NCBI RefSeq assembly: GCF_006345805.1
Contig: NW_021833077.1
Location: 20,737-84,736, forward strand
Length of the DNA: 64,000 nucleotides
Origin: Octopus sinensis
Taxonomy: Eukaryota
Reading direction: 5' to 3'
Of this stretch, positions 51,202 through 64,000 are shown piece after piece. The position numbers and the translations under genes were made by a program. Position 1 is the first letter of the stretch; each line of letters starts with the position of its first letter. Under the pieces are notes generated by a model. The model was not told where the DNA came from. It saw nothing but the letters and a program-made list of their open reading frames with translations, and did no database searches.

Positions 51202-51480
51202 TTCGTTTATTGAAGATTTGTTCCAAAATTTTAATAAAATCCACAACCTCTGCTTAGAGCGTTTGGTCATGTTTGCTCGATCTTCCCAACTATATCTTGC
51301 TTACTGTGTTCTCTCCCCTGAGGATCCGGCTGAGACGACGGCTTGTGTTAGTTGGCTAAATGCCTCATGGTGACGGCTGATGAGGAAGTGACTTGCGATG
51401 ATGAGATCGGACTGGAACACTGCTCGGTGGGTTTCAAGATTACACGTACTGATTCCGAAATTTGGTGGATGAAACGACGG

Positions 51481-51968
51481 CTCATGTTCGTAAGATTGTG
51501 GTTTCGATTCCTGGACCGGGCGACGCGTTGTGTTCTTGAGCAAAACACTTCATTTCACGTTGCTCCAGTCCACTCAGCTGGCAAAAATGAGTAACACTGC
51601 GATGGACTGGCGTCCCGTCCACCTGGGGAACCATACGCCATTGAAACCGGGAAACCGGGCCCATGAGCCTGGCTAGGCTTTAAAAGGGCGCAATGTGGAT
51701 GCGCGTGGCTTAGTAGTTAGGGTGTCAGCCTCATGATCGTAAGATTGTGGTTTCGATTCCTGGACCGGGCGACGCGTTGTGTTCTTGAGTAAAACACATC
51801 ATTTCACGTTGCTCCAGTCCACTCGGCTGGCAAAAATGAGTAACGCTGCGATGGACTGGCGTCCCGTCTAGCTTGGGGACACATGCGCCATTGAAACCGG
51901 GAAACCGGACCCATGATCCTGGCTAGGCTTTAAAAGGGCGCAATGTGGAGGCGCGTTTATTTATTTTT
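51481..51968 (+). mobile_element. Tandem SINE family C (truncated unit, full 250-bp unit, head stub, TTTA tail)
   Basis: Junction AAAAGGGCGCA|ATGTGGA(T/G)GCGCG at ~51692 and ~51942. Confidence 0.88.
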
Positions 51969-52573
51969 ATATGAGATATATCTATCGCATATCCACGATA
52001 GGGCGCTCTTCTTGTCATTGGTGGTTTTATGCTATAAATTTCCGTTGATATGATGTTTCGACTTCAAGTTTCTGTGAATCGTTTGTCATGGTTACAGACG
52101 ATGTGGGTTCGTGAGCCACGGACAGCCTTCGATTTTTTACTATCCAATGTTTACAATATTTACGCGCTGTTATACATAGCTTTATCTATTTCCAATTTCA
52201 CCGTTTTCCAAAAGTATCATAGGTGTATCTGTGTGTGTGCGTGCTTGTGTGTGTGAGTGTAGGAGAGGGAGAAAGAGAGAGGGAGAATGTGTGTGAGCGT
52301 GTGGGACAGAGAGAGAAAGAGAATGTGTATGAGTGTGTGGGAGAGAGTGAGAAAGTGTGTGTGTGTGTGTGCGTGTGTGTATGTGTCTATACATGTGAGA
52401 ACGCAAATGTACAACAAGCTGGAGAAAACAATAAGTGCATTCCAAAGATATACATACATACATATGCGTGTGCGCGTGGGTATGTATGTGTTTGTGTGTG
52501 TGTGTGTGTGTGTGCGTGTGTGTGTGCGTGTGTGTGTGCGTGTGTGTGTGCGTGTGTGTATGTGTGTGTGTGT

Positions 52574-52631
52574 GAAGGCGCATGGTTCCAGGTTCAGTCC
52601 CACTGCGTGGCACCTTGGGCAAGTGTCTTCT
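52574..52631 (+). mobile_element. SINE family A head fragment
   Basis: CATGGTTCCAGGTTCAGTCCCACTGCGTGGCACCTTGGGCAAGTGTCTTC. Confidence 0.8.
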
Positions 52632-53324
52632 CCCATCCGGTTGTACCCTTAATATACGTATACGTTTTTATCTGTCGTTTATTTGAAATGCATTTTTTCA
52701 TTTTTATATATATACACATACATACATATATATATATGTACATAAATGCTCATATATATATATATATACATACATATATGAACGTACACACACACATTCA
52801 TATACGTATATAGAGAGAGAGAGACAGAGAGTCAGAGAGAGAGAGATGAGATGGAAAGAAAAAGAGAGAAAAAGAGAGAGGAGGACAGATAGTTAAATGG
52901 ATCAATTCATAGATGTATGGACGGGTTGAAAGACTTGGAAAGCATATACACCATATATGTTTTTAAACACCAGTCTATTGATTTGAACAGTTGTGACTCT
53001 ATACAAGAAAAGAACAAACTTGTTTTTGTGTGAGATCCTCAACTAGAAGATATATCCTATCTGATACACACAATTAATAAGCAGTCGCCAATGTTTCTTG
53101 CCTTCAGCAATAGGACAACTACGAATGCTTTCAATATGCTATTGCCGTAAGCAGTCTTCATTAAACTGATATTTATATTTCAACATCTGTCTCACCACAA
53201 ACTGTTTAACATGTGCAATCTATATGTAGCCACATATCTCCACATAAGAAAATACTTAACACAATTTCTTTTCTTTATACTTATCTGAAACACAGATATC
53301 CCTTTTCTACTACTCCTTTTATTA

Positions 53325-53389
<65 letters not shown>

Positions 53390-53684
53390 GCCGTTGTTGT
53401 CGTTGTTGTTTTACCTTTAAGGAATATACACTGGTGTATGTGCAATTACGTTTTCTTCCTTTTTTTTTTCGCAAAAGTACTTCCCATAAGTATTTTAAAC
53501 ATTAAATATCAGAAGAGGAAGAAAGACAAAAAAAAGATAAGAAGGATCCAAATTTTAAAATTTTCTACAAGATATCATCTGTCTGTCTCTATGTCTGTTT
53601 AATTATCTGTCTATTTAGACGTCTTTCCAGTCGGTGGCTTTTATTCTTTTGTGCAAATAGACACATCTGTGTCTCAATGTTGCG

Positions 53685-53720
53685 TATATATATATATATA
53701 TATATATATAGATATATATA

Positions 53721-53799
<79 letters not shown>

Positions 53800-53825
53800 G
53801 TGTTGTGTGTGTGTATATATATATG

Positions 53826-53894
<69 letters not shown>

Positions 53895-53915
53895 ATGTGT
53901 GTGTGTGTGTATATG

Positions 53916-53969
<54 letters not shown>

Positions 53970-54118
53970 TATATATATACAATATATATATATATATATA
54001 CATATATATAATATAATATATATATATATATATACATATATATATACATATATATATATATATACATATATATATGTGTGTGTGTGTGTATATATATATG
54101 TATATATATATATATATA

Positions 54119-54166
<48 letters not shown>

Positions 54167-54340
54167 ATGTGTGTGTGTGTGTATATGTATATATATATAT
54201 ATATGTGTATAATATATTATAATATATATACACATACAAGTATAAACATACATCAACACATACGTGCTTACGTACACACACATTATATATATAACACATA
54301 TATATATAATATATATATATATATACATACATACATGTAT
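53685..54340. repeat. Long compound (TA)n/(TG)n microsatellite with higher-order duplication
   Basis: Direct reading. Confidence 0.9.
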
Positions 54341-54433
54341 ATATGTATAAGATGTATGTCTACGTAAGTGCGTGTTTTTTTTATATCAAACGATCTATAT
54401 TTTAATCTTAAAATCGTATGTGAGTGTGCGTGT

Positions 54434-54466
<33 letters not shown>

Positions 54467-54939
54467 GGGGGGTGAGCATGTTATTGAAAGAGGAACTGGG
54501 AAATAGTAACGCGAAAGAAAAATTTAAAAGGAAAAAAAAATGTCAGACAATACTTCAAAGACTTTGTAAACAAATGACACTATTATAATGGTCTTTGTTC
54601 TTTTGAAAGAAATCATGGGAACTCGGGGGAAGGGAGAGAATATCTGATGAAATCAAAACATATAATGTAAAGAATTAAAGACAGAATAAATTGTATATTC
54701 CTCATTCTGTTACTTTCAAATGGTAATGATTATTTTTTTCTTCAAACGCAAGACCACATATCTAAGCTGGATTCATTGACCACTTTATTTTAAAGGTGTG
54801 ACCTTGACTTGGCGGATTCATTATCGTGTCAGGTTAAATAGCTTTTGTAGTATTCATTCCGGCTTTCTGAACACCGAACTCCAATCTCGCCGAGGTCAAC
54901 TTTGCCTTTCATCGCCGCCTTTAACTGCCTATACTGGTT

Positions 54940-55505
54940 TCAAATTTTAGCACAAGACCAGCAATTTTGGTGTTGGAGGTCAATCGATTAAATCGACTCG
55001 TACTTATTTTATCTTTTCCAAAAGGGATGAAAGGCAAAATCGACCTCGGCGGAATTTGAACTCAGAACGTAAAGGCGGACTCAATTGTCTATGTATATTG
55101 CCATATTGTATATATTTCTTTATTTCCCACAAGGGCCTAAACATAGAGGGGACAAACAAGGACAGACAAAGAGATAACATCGGCCCCAGTGCGAAACTAG
55201 TACCTTATTTATCGACCCCGAAGGATGAACGGCAAAGTCGACCTCGGCGAAATTTGAACTCAGAACGTAACGACAGACGAAATACCTATTTCTTTACTGC
55301 CCACAGAAGCTACACACAGAGGGGACAAATAAAGACAGACAAACGGATTAAGTCGATTACACCAACCCCAGTACGTAACTGGTACTTATTTAATGGATGA
55401 AAGGCAAAGTCGACATCGGCGGAATTTGAACTCAGAACGTAACGGCAGACGAAATAGGGCTACGCATTTCGCCCGGCGTGCTAACGTTTCTGCCAGCACG
55501 CCGCT
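54940..55505 (-). mobile_element. SINE family B, head plus 2 units and an adjoining diverged unit
   Basis: Head ends CTGCCAGCACGCCGC at ~55504. Junction GACGAAATACCTATTTCTTTAC at ~55280. Confidence 0.85.
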
Positions 55506-56501
55506 TTATATTGTCATATTGTATATTAATCTATTGGAGAACAATGGTTTCAAACTTTGAAACAACTAAAACATAGATTTCCGAGCAAGGTTATAATTTG
55601 TAAAATCGAAGGGCATGATTTGGAGAGTATGTATTTTGCTGACATCATTGGGATTTGATTCAAAACTTGAAAGAAAAAGAAAATATTACGTAACTTAGTG
55701 CAACGAACCAGTAATTAGTCTGTTGAAAGCCTTTCGCGTTAATAAACCCAAATTGCAAGCAATGAAAAAGCAAAGAAAAAGGAAGCATTTTAGGCTGAAC
55801 TTAACTTTTTGAATAATAATGAAAGAAAAGTCTTCGTAAAAAAAAAAGCTTTTCACGCACATGGTCTTCGTCTAAACAAGAAAACCCCAAAACGTTGTTA
55901 ATTTGAAATTGGACAGTTTCTGCTCTTTATTTTTTTTTATTTTCTCGGTAGGGTTTGAAAGAACGGGAAGATTTAACAATGTTTTACTAAGATCAAACTA
56001 CGGCAGCAGAACAAACTTCACCCGTAACACTAACAACCCCCCCCCAAATAATCGGCACGCATGCCTTTACCACCTCCACCTCCACCCCCACCAACCATCG
56101 CCCCCGATATCATTGCCAAGTCTATCTTCGTCGTAACGAACTCGCATCTGCTTTAAGCAAGTTGGCTTGCTGTGTAGCTTCGCTCTTTGAATAAATACTG
56201 ACATACGTAGACAGACACTCAAGCAAGCGTGTGCATGCGTGTGTATATACGTATCCATATGTGTGTGTGTGTCTGTATGTATTATATATATATATATATA
56301 TATACATATATATATTATACACTATATATATACATATATATATACATATATATACATATATATATACATATATATACATATATATATATATGTATATATA
56401 TATATATGTATGTGTATATATATGTATATATATGTATAATATTATATATTATATATATATATATATATTATATATATATATATATAGTATATGTATTAAT
56501 G

Positions 56502-56533
<32 letters not shown>

Positions 56534-56612
56534 TATATACACATACGCAAATGTGTAAATACTTATACTCATAAGTACATACGTACATATGTTTGTGTGT
56601 GTGTTTGTGTAT

Positions 56613-56657
<45 letters not shown>

Positions 56658-56862
56658 TACATACGTACACACACACAAGCGCGAGAATCTTACGGTTTGC
56701 ACTTTTAGCTGGGTAGCAATAAGTGCAGCGACTGAATTTGGTTAATTGGTAGAAGAAAACATAAAATGGCAAAAATAAAAACAAGATAACTTTTATATTT
56801 ACAAGAACTTCCAGATAAAGAACTGGCAAGTATCGATACCATATTTGTTTACTGGTAAATAC

Positions 56863-57467
56863 GGCGGCGAGCTTGGCAGAATCGTTAGCACACCGGGCAA
56901 AATGCGTAACCGTATTTCGTCTGCCGTTACGTCCTGAGTTCAAATTCCGCCGAGGTCGACTTTGCCTTTCATCCTTTCGGGGTCGATAAATTAAGTACCA
57001 GTTACGCACTGGGGTCGATATAATCGACTTGCTCCGTTTGTCTGTCCTTGTTTGTCCTCTCTGTGTCCAGCCCCTTGTGGGTAGTGTAGTAAAGAAATAG
57101 TTATTTTGTCTGTCGTTACGTTCTGTGTTCAAATTCCGCCGAGGTCGACTTTGCCTTTCATCCTTTCGGGGTCGATAAATTAAGTACCAGTTTCGCACTG
57201 GGGTCGACGTCATCGACTTAATCCCTTTGTCTGTCCTTGTTTGTTCCCCCTGTGTTTAGCCCCTTGTAGGTAGTAAAGAAATAGGTATTTCGTCTGTCGT
57301 TACGTTCTGAGTTCAAATTCCGCCGAGATCGACTTTGCCTTTCAACCTTTCCGGGTCGATAAATAAAGTACCAGTTTCGCACTGAGGTCGATGTAATCGA
57401 CTTAATCCCTTTGTCTGTCCTTGTTTGTCCCCTTTATGTTTAGCCCCTTGTGGGTAATAAAGAAATA
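56863..57467 (+). mobile_element. SINE family B trimer with 21-bp TSD
   Basis: Units at ~56911, 57100 and 57284. CATATTTGTTTACTGGTAAAT at 56840-56860 and 57468-57488. Confidence 0.92.
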
Positions 57468-57693
57468 CATATTTGTTTACTGGTAAATTATTTATTTGGC
57501 TTTCCTTCCAACTTTTAACATTCTGGGTGGAAATTCTGCAGTGATCATCTTGGTTTTTCATCCTTAAGGAGTCGATAAAACCTAAAGTACCGGGGTCAAT
57601 GAAATCAATTTATCCCCTTATCTTAAAGTTGCTGGCTTCTAGCCAAAATTAGAGAAAATTATTAAACAGTTAATATTGAAATATTAACATTTT

Positions 57694-58090
57694 GTGAAGG
57701 CGCAATGGCCCAGTGGTTAGGGCAGCGGACTCGCGGTCGGAGAATCGCGGTTTCGATTCCCAGACCGGGTGTTGTGTATGTTTACGGAGCGAAAAAAAAC
57801 ACCTAAAAGGTCCACGAGGTTCCGGCAGGTGTGGTTGCGACCCCTGTTGTACTCTTTCGCCACAACTGTCTCTCACCGTTTCTTTCTGTTTCGTGAGTTC
57901 GAAAGCGGGCAGTGCTTTGTGTCCTTCAGCAAGACACTTTATTTCACGTTGCTCCAGTCCACTCAGCTGGCAAAAATGAGTTGTACATGTATTTGAAAGG
58001 GCCAGCCTTGTCATATTCTAATGTCACGCTGAATCTCCCTGGGAATTAGCCTGTCTATGGAGTGCTCATTCACTTACATGTTAATTTCTC
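57694..58090 (+). mobile_element. SINE family D 5' part fused to a C-like core with a different tail
   Basis: D head at 57694-57890, then GTGTCCTTCAGCAAGACACTTTATTTCACGTTGCTCCAGTCCACTCAGCTGG, continuing into GGGCCAGCCTTGTCA...GCTGAATCTCCCTG. Confidence 0.7.
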
Positions 58091-58198
58091 AGTTATGTAT
58101 GAATGTATGTATGTATGTATGTATGTATATATATATATACAGATAGATAGATAGATAGATATACATGCATACACACACACATATACACACACACACAT

Positions 58199-58238
<40 letters not shown>

Positions 58239-58245
58239 CACAATC

Positions 58246-58306
<61 letters not shown>

Positions 58307-59242
58307 GCATATACACATATATGTGTGTGTATGCATGTATGTATATATTTGCACACTCCTCTGGAGAAAGTGATAGACAGTCGGTCTTCTCCTCAGCCCC
58401 TCGTCAACTTGTTCTTCCGCATATAATACCACTTTGCCTTACTTTTTCAAGATGCCTTGTCGTGATTCGAGACATTGTAGCTTGTATTTCCATCCGTCGA
58501 AAGACGACGACGACGACGGCATAGGCGCTCCCTGTTTGGTTCGAAAGAAAAGTAGGTAAATTAATTCGGTGGTTACATAAAGAGCTAAATACCATCGCAT
58601 CATACGCAGTCGTAGTTACATACGTATATACATAGGAATGTAGGTGATTGGGAGATATATCTAATACAAATTACATGAATATAAGTAAATACATTTCTGT
58701 TGATCTTGTTCTTTTATTTGAGAAACTTTGATTCTGGAATTTCATGAAAAAATATTAACTGCAAAAAAATATCCACAAAAACAGAAACATAAGACGGGAT
58801 GAAAAACAGAAAGCATCAAAGAGATGGCATTAATAGCCTGCTAACATATTGTAGCTATAAAACAGAGATTCTATAAAGGTTTGTAAAATACTATACTGTT
58901 GTAGTGGAATCACCGTTCTTGCTTTCGTTATTGCTGTAGTTGTTGTTGATTGTTTATATAGCAAAGTTTTAGCGGTGTGGTTCATATTGTCGTTGTTGTT
59001 TTTGTCATTTATAATTGTTATAATGAGCACATTGCTGTCGTTGTTGTTGTTGTTGTTGTTGCTGTGAAATTGATCTTTTTTTAAAAGATTTTCTGATGAC
59101 TTTGTTTGTCTTTGTTATTGTTGTTGTTCTTCTTCTTCCTGATGATGAGGATGAGGAGGAGGATGATATGGCGGTGGTGATGGATGGTGGAGGTGATTGT
59201 GGTGGTTATGACGACGATGAAAGTAATAACGGTGAAAATAAA

Positions 59243-59640
59243 ACTCTTTTACTCTTTTACATGCTTCAGTCAGTTTGACTGCGGCCATGCTGGAGCACCG
59301 GCTTTAGTCGAGCAAATCCACCCCAGGAGTTATTCTTTGTAAGCCTAGTACTTATTTTATCGGTCTCTTTTGCCGAACCGCTAAGTTACGGGGAGGTAAC
59401 ACACCAGCATCGGTTGTTAAGCGATGTTGGGGGGACAAACACAGACACACACACACACACACACATATATATACATATATACGACGAACTTTTTTCAATT
59501 TCCGTCTACCAAATCCACTCACAAGGCTTTGGTCGGCCTGAGGCTACAGCAGAAGACACTTGCCTAAGGTGCCACGCAGTGGGACTGAACTCGGAACCAT
59601 ATGGCTGGTAAGCAAGCTACTTACCACACAGCCACTCCTA
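59243..59640 (-). mobile_element. SINE family A
   Basis: Full structure. Confidence 0.9.
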
Positions 59641-59986
59641 CTCAATGATAATAATATTAATGAGTTGAATTTTTCACACAAGGGCAGTAATGTTGAGGGC
59701 GTGAGGTAAGTCGATTACATGGAACCCATTAGTTTATAAGTACTTTATTTTAAGGACTCCAATGTGATGAACAGCATATTCGACCTTGGCGGACTTGAAC
59801 AGGTCATCACTTCAAATGATTTCATATTTTTCATAAAACTAGCAATTGTGAAAAAAGGATGGGCAGCAAAGTTGACCATGGCGGAATTTGATCTCTAAGA
59901 AAGTAAAGTGAAATGTTAAACATTTATTCGATCGACTCGTTAAGATTCGACTGGATACTTTATAATAAAAGAATAATAAATAATAA

Positions 59987-60029
<43 letters not shown>

Positions 60030-60036
60030 AATATAA

Positions 60037-60752
60037 GTCTTCTAGCGCCTACAGAGTATCTCAACAGGCACGATAGAGCTGCACAATATATTCACTGGGT
60101 AATCTGTAAAAACCTGGATTTGCCCCATGAAAAAACTGGTGGAACACAAACCACCCAGTGCTGAAAGACAATCTCACTCCTCTGGACTTCACCATTCAAA
60201 TGACAGGAAGTAGATGCAAATAGGCCAACATCATATTGAAAGACTTCAAACAAAGAAACATGCCTCCTCATTGATATGACTGTCCCAATCGATATAAAAG
60301 TATCTGTCAGGACCTACAAAAACTGAGCAAATATAAGATCTTGAAATAGAAATCAGCAAAATGTGGAAGCTGAAGACTAAAACAATACCTGTTGTCATAG
60401 GCCCTGGGAATGATAGCAAAGGGGCTGATTTAGCTACCTAACTCAGATACCAGGAAACCCAAAAATGGCAGAAGTTCAAAAGATAGTGCTCATGGGAACT
60501 GCTCATATCCTACGCAAAATACTCTCTATGTAACCCAAGGTTTAAAAAACAACCATAATTTTCGGTTTAAAAAAAAAAAAAAAAAAAAAAAAACTTTTTT
60601 TTTTTAGACATCCTTATACAACATCCCCACCCCCCAAATATATGGCCACTAGGCATAACAACAACATGAACTTCCAACCCTGTTGTCTCTTGAGGTCTCT
60701 GGTGAGAATTGGAGCCAAATTGTACAAATATAAAGCAAAAGTCAGCCAGGAA
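60037..60752 (+). mobile_element. 5'-truncated R4/Dong LINE (endonuclease region plus 3' UTR) inside (TAA)n
   Basis: LAPTEYLNRHDRAAQYIHWVICK, CLLIDMTVPID, KYKDLEIEISKMWKLKTKTIPVVIG, EVQKIVLMGTAHILRKILSM* (stop 60531-60533). TAA repeats on both sides. Confidence 0.9.
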
Positions 60753-60769
60753 TAATAATAATAATCTAG

Positions 60770-60800
<31 letters not shown>

Positions 60801-60825
60801 TAATAATAATAATAACAATAATAAA

Positions 60826-61374
60826 TGCCCTGATGCAGTACCAGGCAGTGGCTCTCATGGCTTCTGATCTTAACTGATTGGAAGTGTTATCATGTACATT
60901 GTTTTGTCTTGGTATAAAGATGGGCTACAGCAAATATTCTGCTCAATACCACAGATTTGTTGTCAGTGTTTGACCTTAACCAGTTGAGCATGTGCTTAGT
61001 GGTGACGATATGTGCATCTTGATCACGAGCAGAAGTAGTGGGGGAGCATCATAGCCATGTGTTGAGAGGGATTCTTTGGGGTTTGAATAGTTCACCTCTG
61101 GAAACATGGGTGGTTCTTTCAACATCCTTAAACAACCCTTATTCAGGGACCGTTTGAGCGGGATGGGCTACTCAACCTGAAGAAAATTCTAACTGGGCCC
61201 CACCTGCAAGGTCATGTGCTGTTTATCTTGATATGAGATCACCATGTCGCGCACATATGGTGTGATGCATGTGCCTGGTGGTACCTTTATCAGACGGGTA
61301 GTCATGATGGGTATATTGGGCTTCGTATATTTTACCCCAGTGTCACTTTGATGGCATGAACTGCTCTCTCACTC
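60826..61374 (+). mobile_element. TAA-embedded ~550-bp element, copy 2
   Basis: TGCCCTGATGCAGTACCAGG...GAACTGCTCTCTCACTC|AAT. Confidence 0.85.
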
Positions 61375-61407
61375 AATGATAATAATAATAATAATAATAA
61401 TAATAAT

Positions 61408-61955
61408 TGCCCTGATGTAGTACCAGGCAGTGGCTCTCATGGCTTCTGATCTTAACTGATTGGAAGTGTCATCATGTACATTGTTTTGTCTTCGTATAAA
61501 AGATGGGCTACAGCAAATATTCTGCTCAATACCACAGATTACTGTCAGTTGTTTGACCGTAACCAGTTGAGCATGTCCCTTAGTGGTTGACGATATGTGC
61601 ATCTCTGATCACGAGCATAGTAGTGGGGGGGCATCACGCCATGTGTTGAGAGGGATTCTTTGGGGTTTGAATAATTCACCTCTGGAAACATGGGTGGTTC
61701 TTTCAACATCCTTAAACAACCCTTATTCAGGGACCTTTTGAGCGGGATGGGCTACTCAACCTGAAGAAAATTCTAACTGGGCACCACCTGCAAGGTCATG
61801 TGCTGTTTATCTTGATATGAGATCACCATGTCGCGCACATATGTTGTGATGCATGGCCTGGTGTACCCTTATCAGACGGGTAGTCATGATGGGATATTGG
61901 GCTTCGTATATTTTACCCCAGTGTCACTTTGATGGCATGAACTGCTCTCTCACTC
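61408..61955 (+). mobile_element. TAA-embedded ~550-bp element, copy 3 (tandem)
   Basis: Separated from copy 2 only by ~33 bp of (AAT)n. Confidence 0.85.
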
Positions 61956-62250
<295 letters not shown>

Positions 62251-63334
62251 CGTACTGGGGGAAAAAAGAAACTGTTCGTGTCTTTTGCTGCCTCCCGTTT
62301 TACCAGAACGTTTTTGATGTTAATAATTTTGAGGTTTAGTTATATAATTCACTTGTCATTCCACTCATATTCGTGTTCTTATATTCTGCTGTAGATGGAA
62401 TGAGTTCTTACTCTAATCAGCGTATCTCTCTGTTCGTGACAAGTTAATTTCTTGTGTCATTTCTTTAACTGCCCTCTTCGTATAGTCATTTAATTAATAT
62501 CTATTCTCGCCTATAATATTAAAATTTCCAATTATAAATGTGTTCTGCAGTATCTGTTTATTGTTCCTTAATCACCATTTAATTCTTCGTTGATTGTTTT
62601 TTCTTTAATTCTTCCACTTGAATAACTGCGATGACAAGTGACACGTTATTAAGTTATTTCCGTTGTTTACAAAATTATATCTTATGCAAGACCTTTCCCA
62701 CCTATGAACCGCTTCAAAACTTCACAACCGCAAAATTAGCATCATATTTTCACAATTAACACGAAAGGGCCTCTCAATTAACATTATTATATTCACGGTT
62801 TCATCCCGTTTATGTTAATAATTAAAAATTCATAATTTATTTTTCTGTTCATAATTGCAAAGGCTCCTTCCTACTTAATATCATCAACATCTTATTTGCA
62901 GATAGTCTGTCAGCATCAACGCTGATTACATTCACAAGAAATTTTCTGCTTCAAATAGCACGAACTGCTCTGACTTTTACAGAATGTATTCACTAGCTTT
63001 GAGCAATAACAGTCGCCATTACTAATTTACATTCATTTCGATATTAAACAAACGCCTCAACTACGGGAGATATGTCTGGTGTTGGAAAGGCTATTAAAGA
63101 TGCAATATGTGAAGTAAATGGGTCTCGACAGTAAGCTATATACATACACCCATGCATGTGTACATGCACGGACATATATGCATAAACACATACATACATA
63201 AATACTACATATAATACTTATATATATGTACATATATGCTATATTATATATATATATATAATATATATTATATGTATATATATATGTATATATATATATA
63301 TTATGTATTATGTGTGCATTGTGTGTATTATGTA

Positions 63335-63560
63335 TATTCGCTGCTTTCTTCCAAGGAATCTAATACTCTTAGCTGGCCAGATTGGAGCAATCTCAAGAAT
63401 AATCGCGAAATTGCGAGGATAATCTGGTGCTTGACTGAAGAAAGAAAACTTCGAATGACCCGTCCTTGTTTTCTTTGTATCGCGTATCTGGATATTTTCT
63501 TGTCCCTTTTTGTATCACCTAGTTGTCCGGATGTTTTGCGTTCTTGTTCCATTGTGTAGT
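63335..63560 (+). repeat. Dispersed repeat family (same as 8530-8830), copy 3
   Basis: TTCGCTGCTTTCTTCCAAGGAATCTAAT...CTGAAGAAAGAAAACTTCGAATGACCCGTCC. Confidence 0.7.
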
Positions 63561-63573
63561 CTATATATATGTA

Positions 63574-63627
<54 letters not shown>

Positions 63628-63634
63628 ATATGTA

Positions 63635-64000
63635 GGCGCAGGAGTATCTGTGTATTAAGAAGCTTGCTTAGCAACCACCTGGTTCCGGGTTCAGTCCCAC
63701 TGCGTGACAACTTGGGCTAGTGTTTTTATTATAACCTCAGGCCGACCAAAGCCTAGTGAGTGGATTTGGTAAATGGAAAACTGGAAGATGCCCGTCGTAT
63801 ATATGTGTGTATATGTATGTATGTATTCCCCTCCCACCATTGCTCGACTACCGATGCTGGTTTGTTTACGTCCTTGTAACTTAGCGGTTCGGCAAAAAAC
63901 TGATAGTATAAGTACTAGGCTTACAAAGAGTAAGTCCTGGGGTCGATTTGTTCAACTAAAGGCGGTGCTCAAGCATGGCCGTAGTCAAATGACTGAAACA
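63635..64000 (+). mobile_element. SINE family A (runs to window end)
   Basis: GGCGCAGGAG head through AAATGACTGAAACA. Confidence 0.85.

Noticed and set aside
51310-51480. GC-richer segment containing CTGATGAG (possible hammerhead or exon)
   Set aside because: No GAAA at a position closing a stem II, no stem I or III, and the translations are unrecognisable.
58440-58540. Possible minus-strand exon ending at AA|GTAAGG
   Set aside because: Only a donor-like site and a short open frame, with no homology or partner exons I can support.
60568-60605. Adjacent poly-A/poly-T as a hairpin or terminator, and frameshifts in the 60-kb Dong fragment as real decay
   Set aside because: The 60-61.4 kb region shows many single-base indels relative to sister copies, consistent with low consensus accuracy, so fine detail here is unreliable.
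62620-63000. Faint resemblance on the minus strand to a Helitron/PIF1 helicase segment (YEFL...NGMKP)
   Set aside because: Multiple stops and frameshifts in AT-rich sequence make it too weak without an HMM search.

Overview
This is a eukaryotic, AT-rich, repeat-saturated window with no recognisable host-gene exon, rRNA, true tRNA or CRISPR array. The repeat content and microsatellite load suggest a cephalopod, probably Octopus (inference from recall, not database-checked). Nearly all ORFs in the supplied track are microsatellite translations. The only real coding remnants belong to non-LTR retrotransposons: five R4/Dong-clade fragments of different ages and one young 5'-truncated RTE insertion with a target-site duplication (TSD). 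Non-coding elements include at least four tRNA-headed SINE families (my labels A-D), several MITE/foldback elements, a ~550-bp element found only between (TAA)n tracts, and Penelope-like terminal repeats. Three observations stand out. (1) Family-B SINEs occur as head+[~184 bp]n multimers with one fixed junction, and several multimers are enclosed by a single 12-21 bp TSD, including one chimeric trimer. (2) There are several minimal type-I hammerhead ribozyme motifs with palindromic stem III, including family-level core variants (U4C, A6U) and a head-to-head pair in a 215-bp palindrome. (3) The (TAA)n-embedded 550-bp element lies co-oriented just downstream of Dong 3' ends at two separate loci. 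All coordinates were read by eye and may be off by a few bases, more at degenerate element edges.
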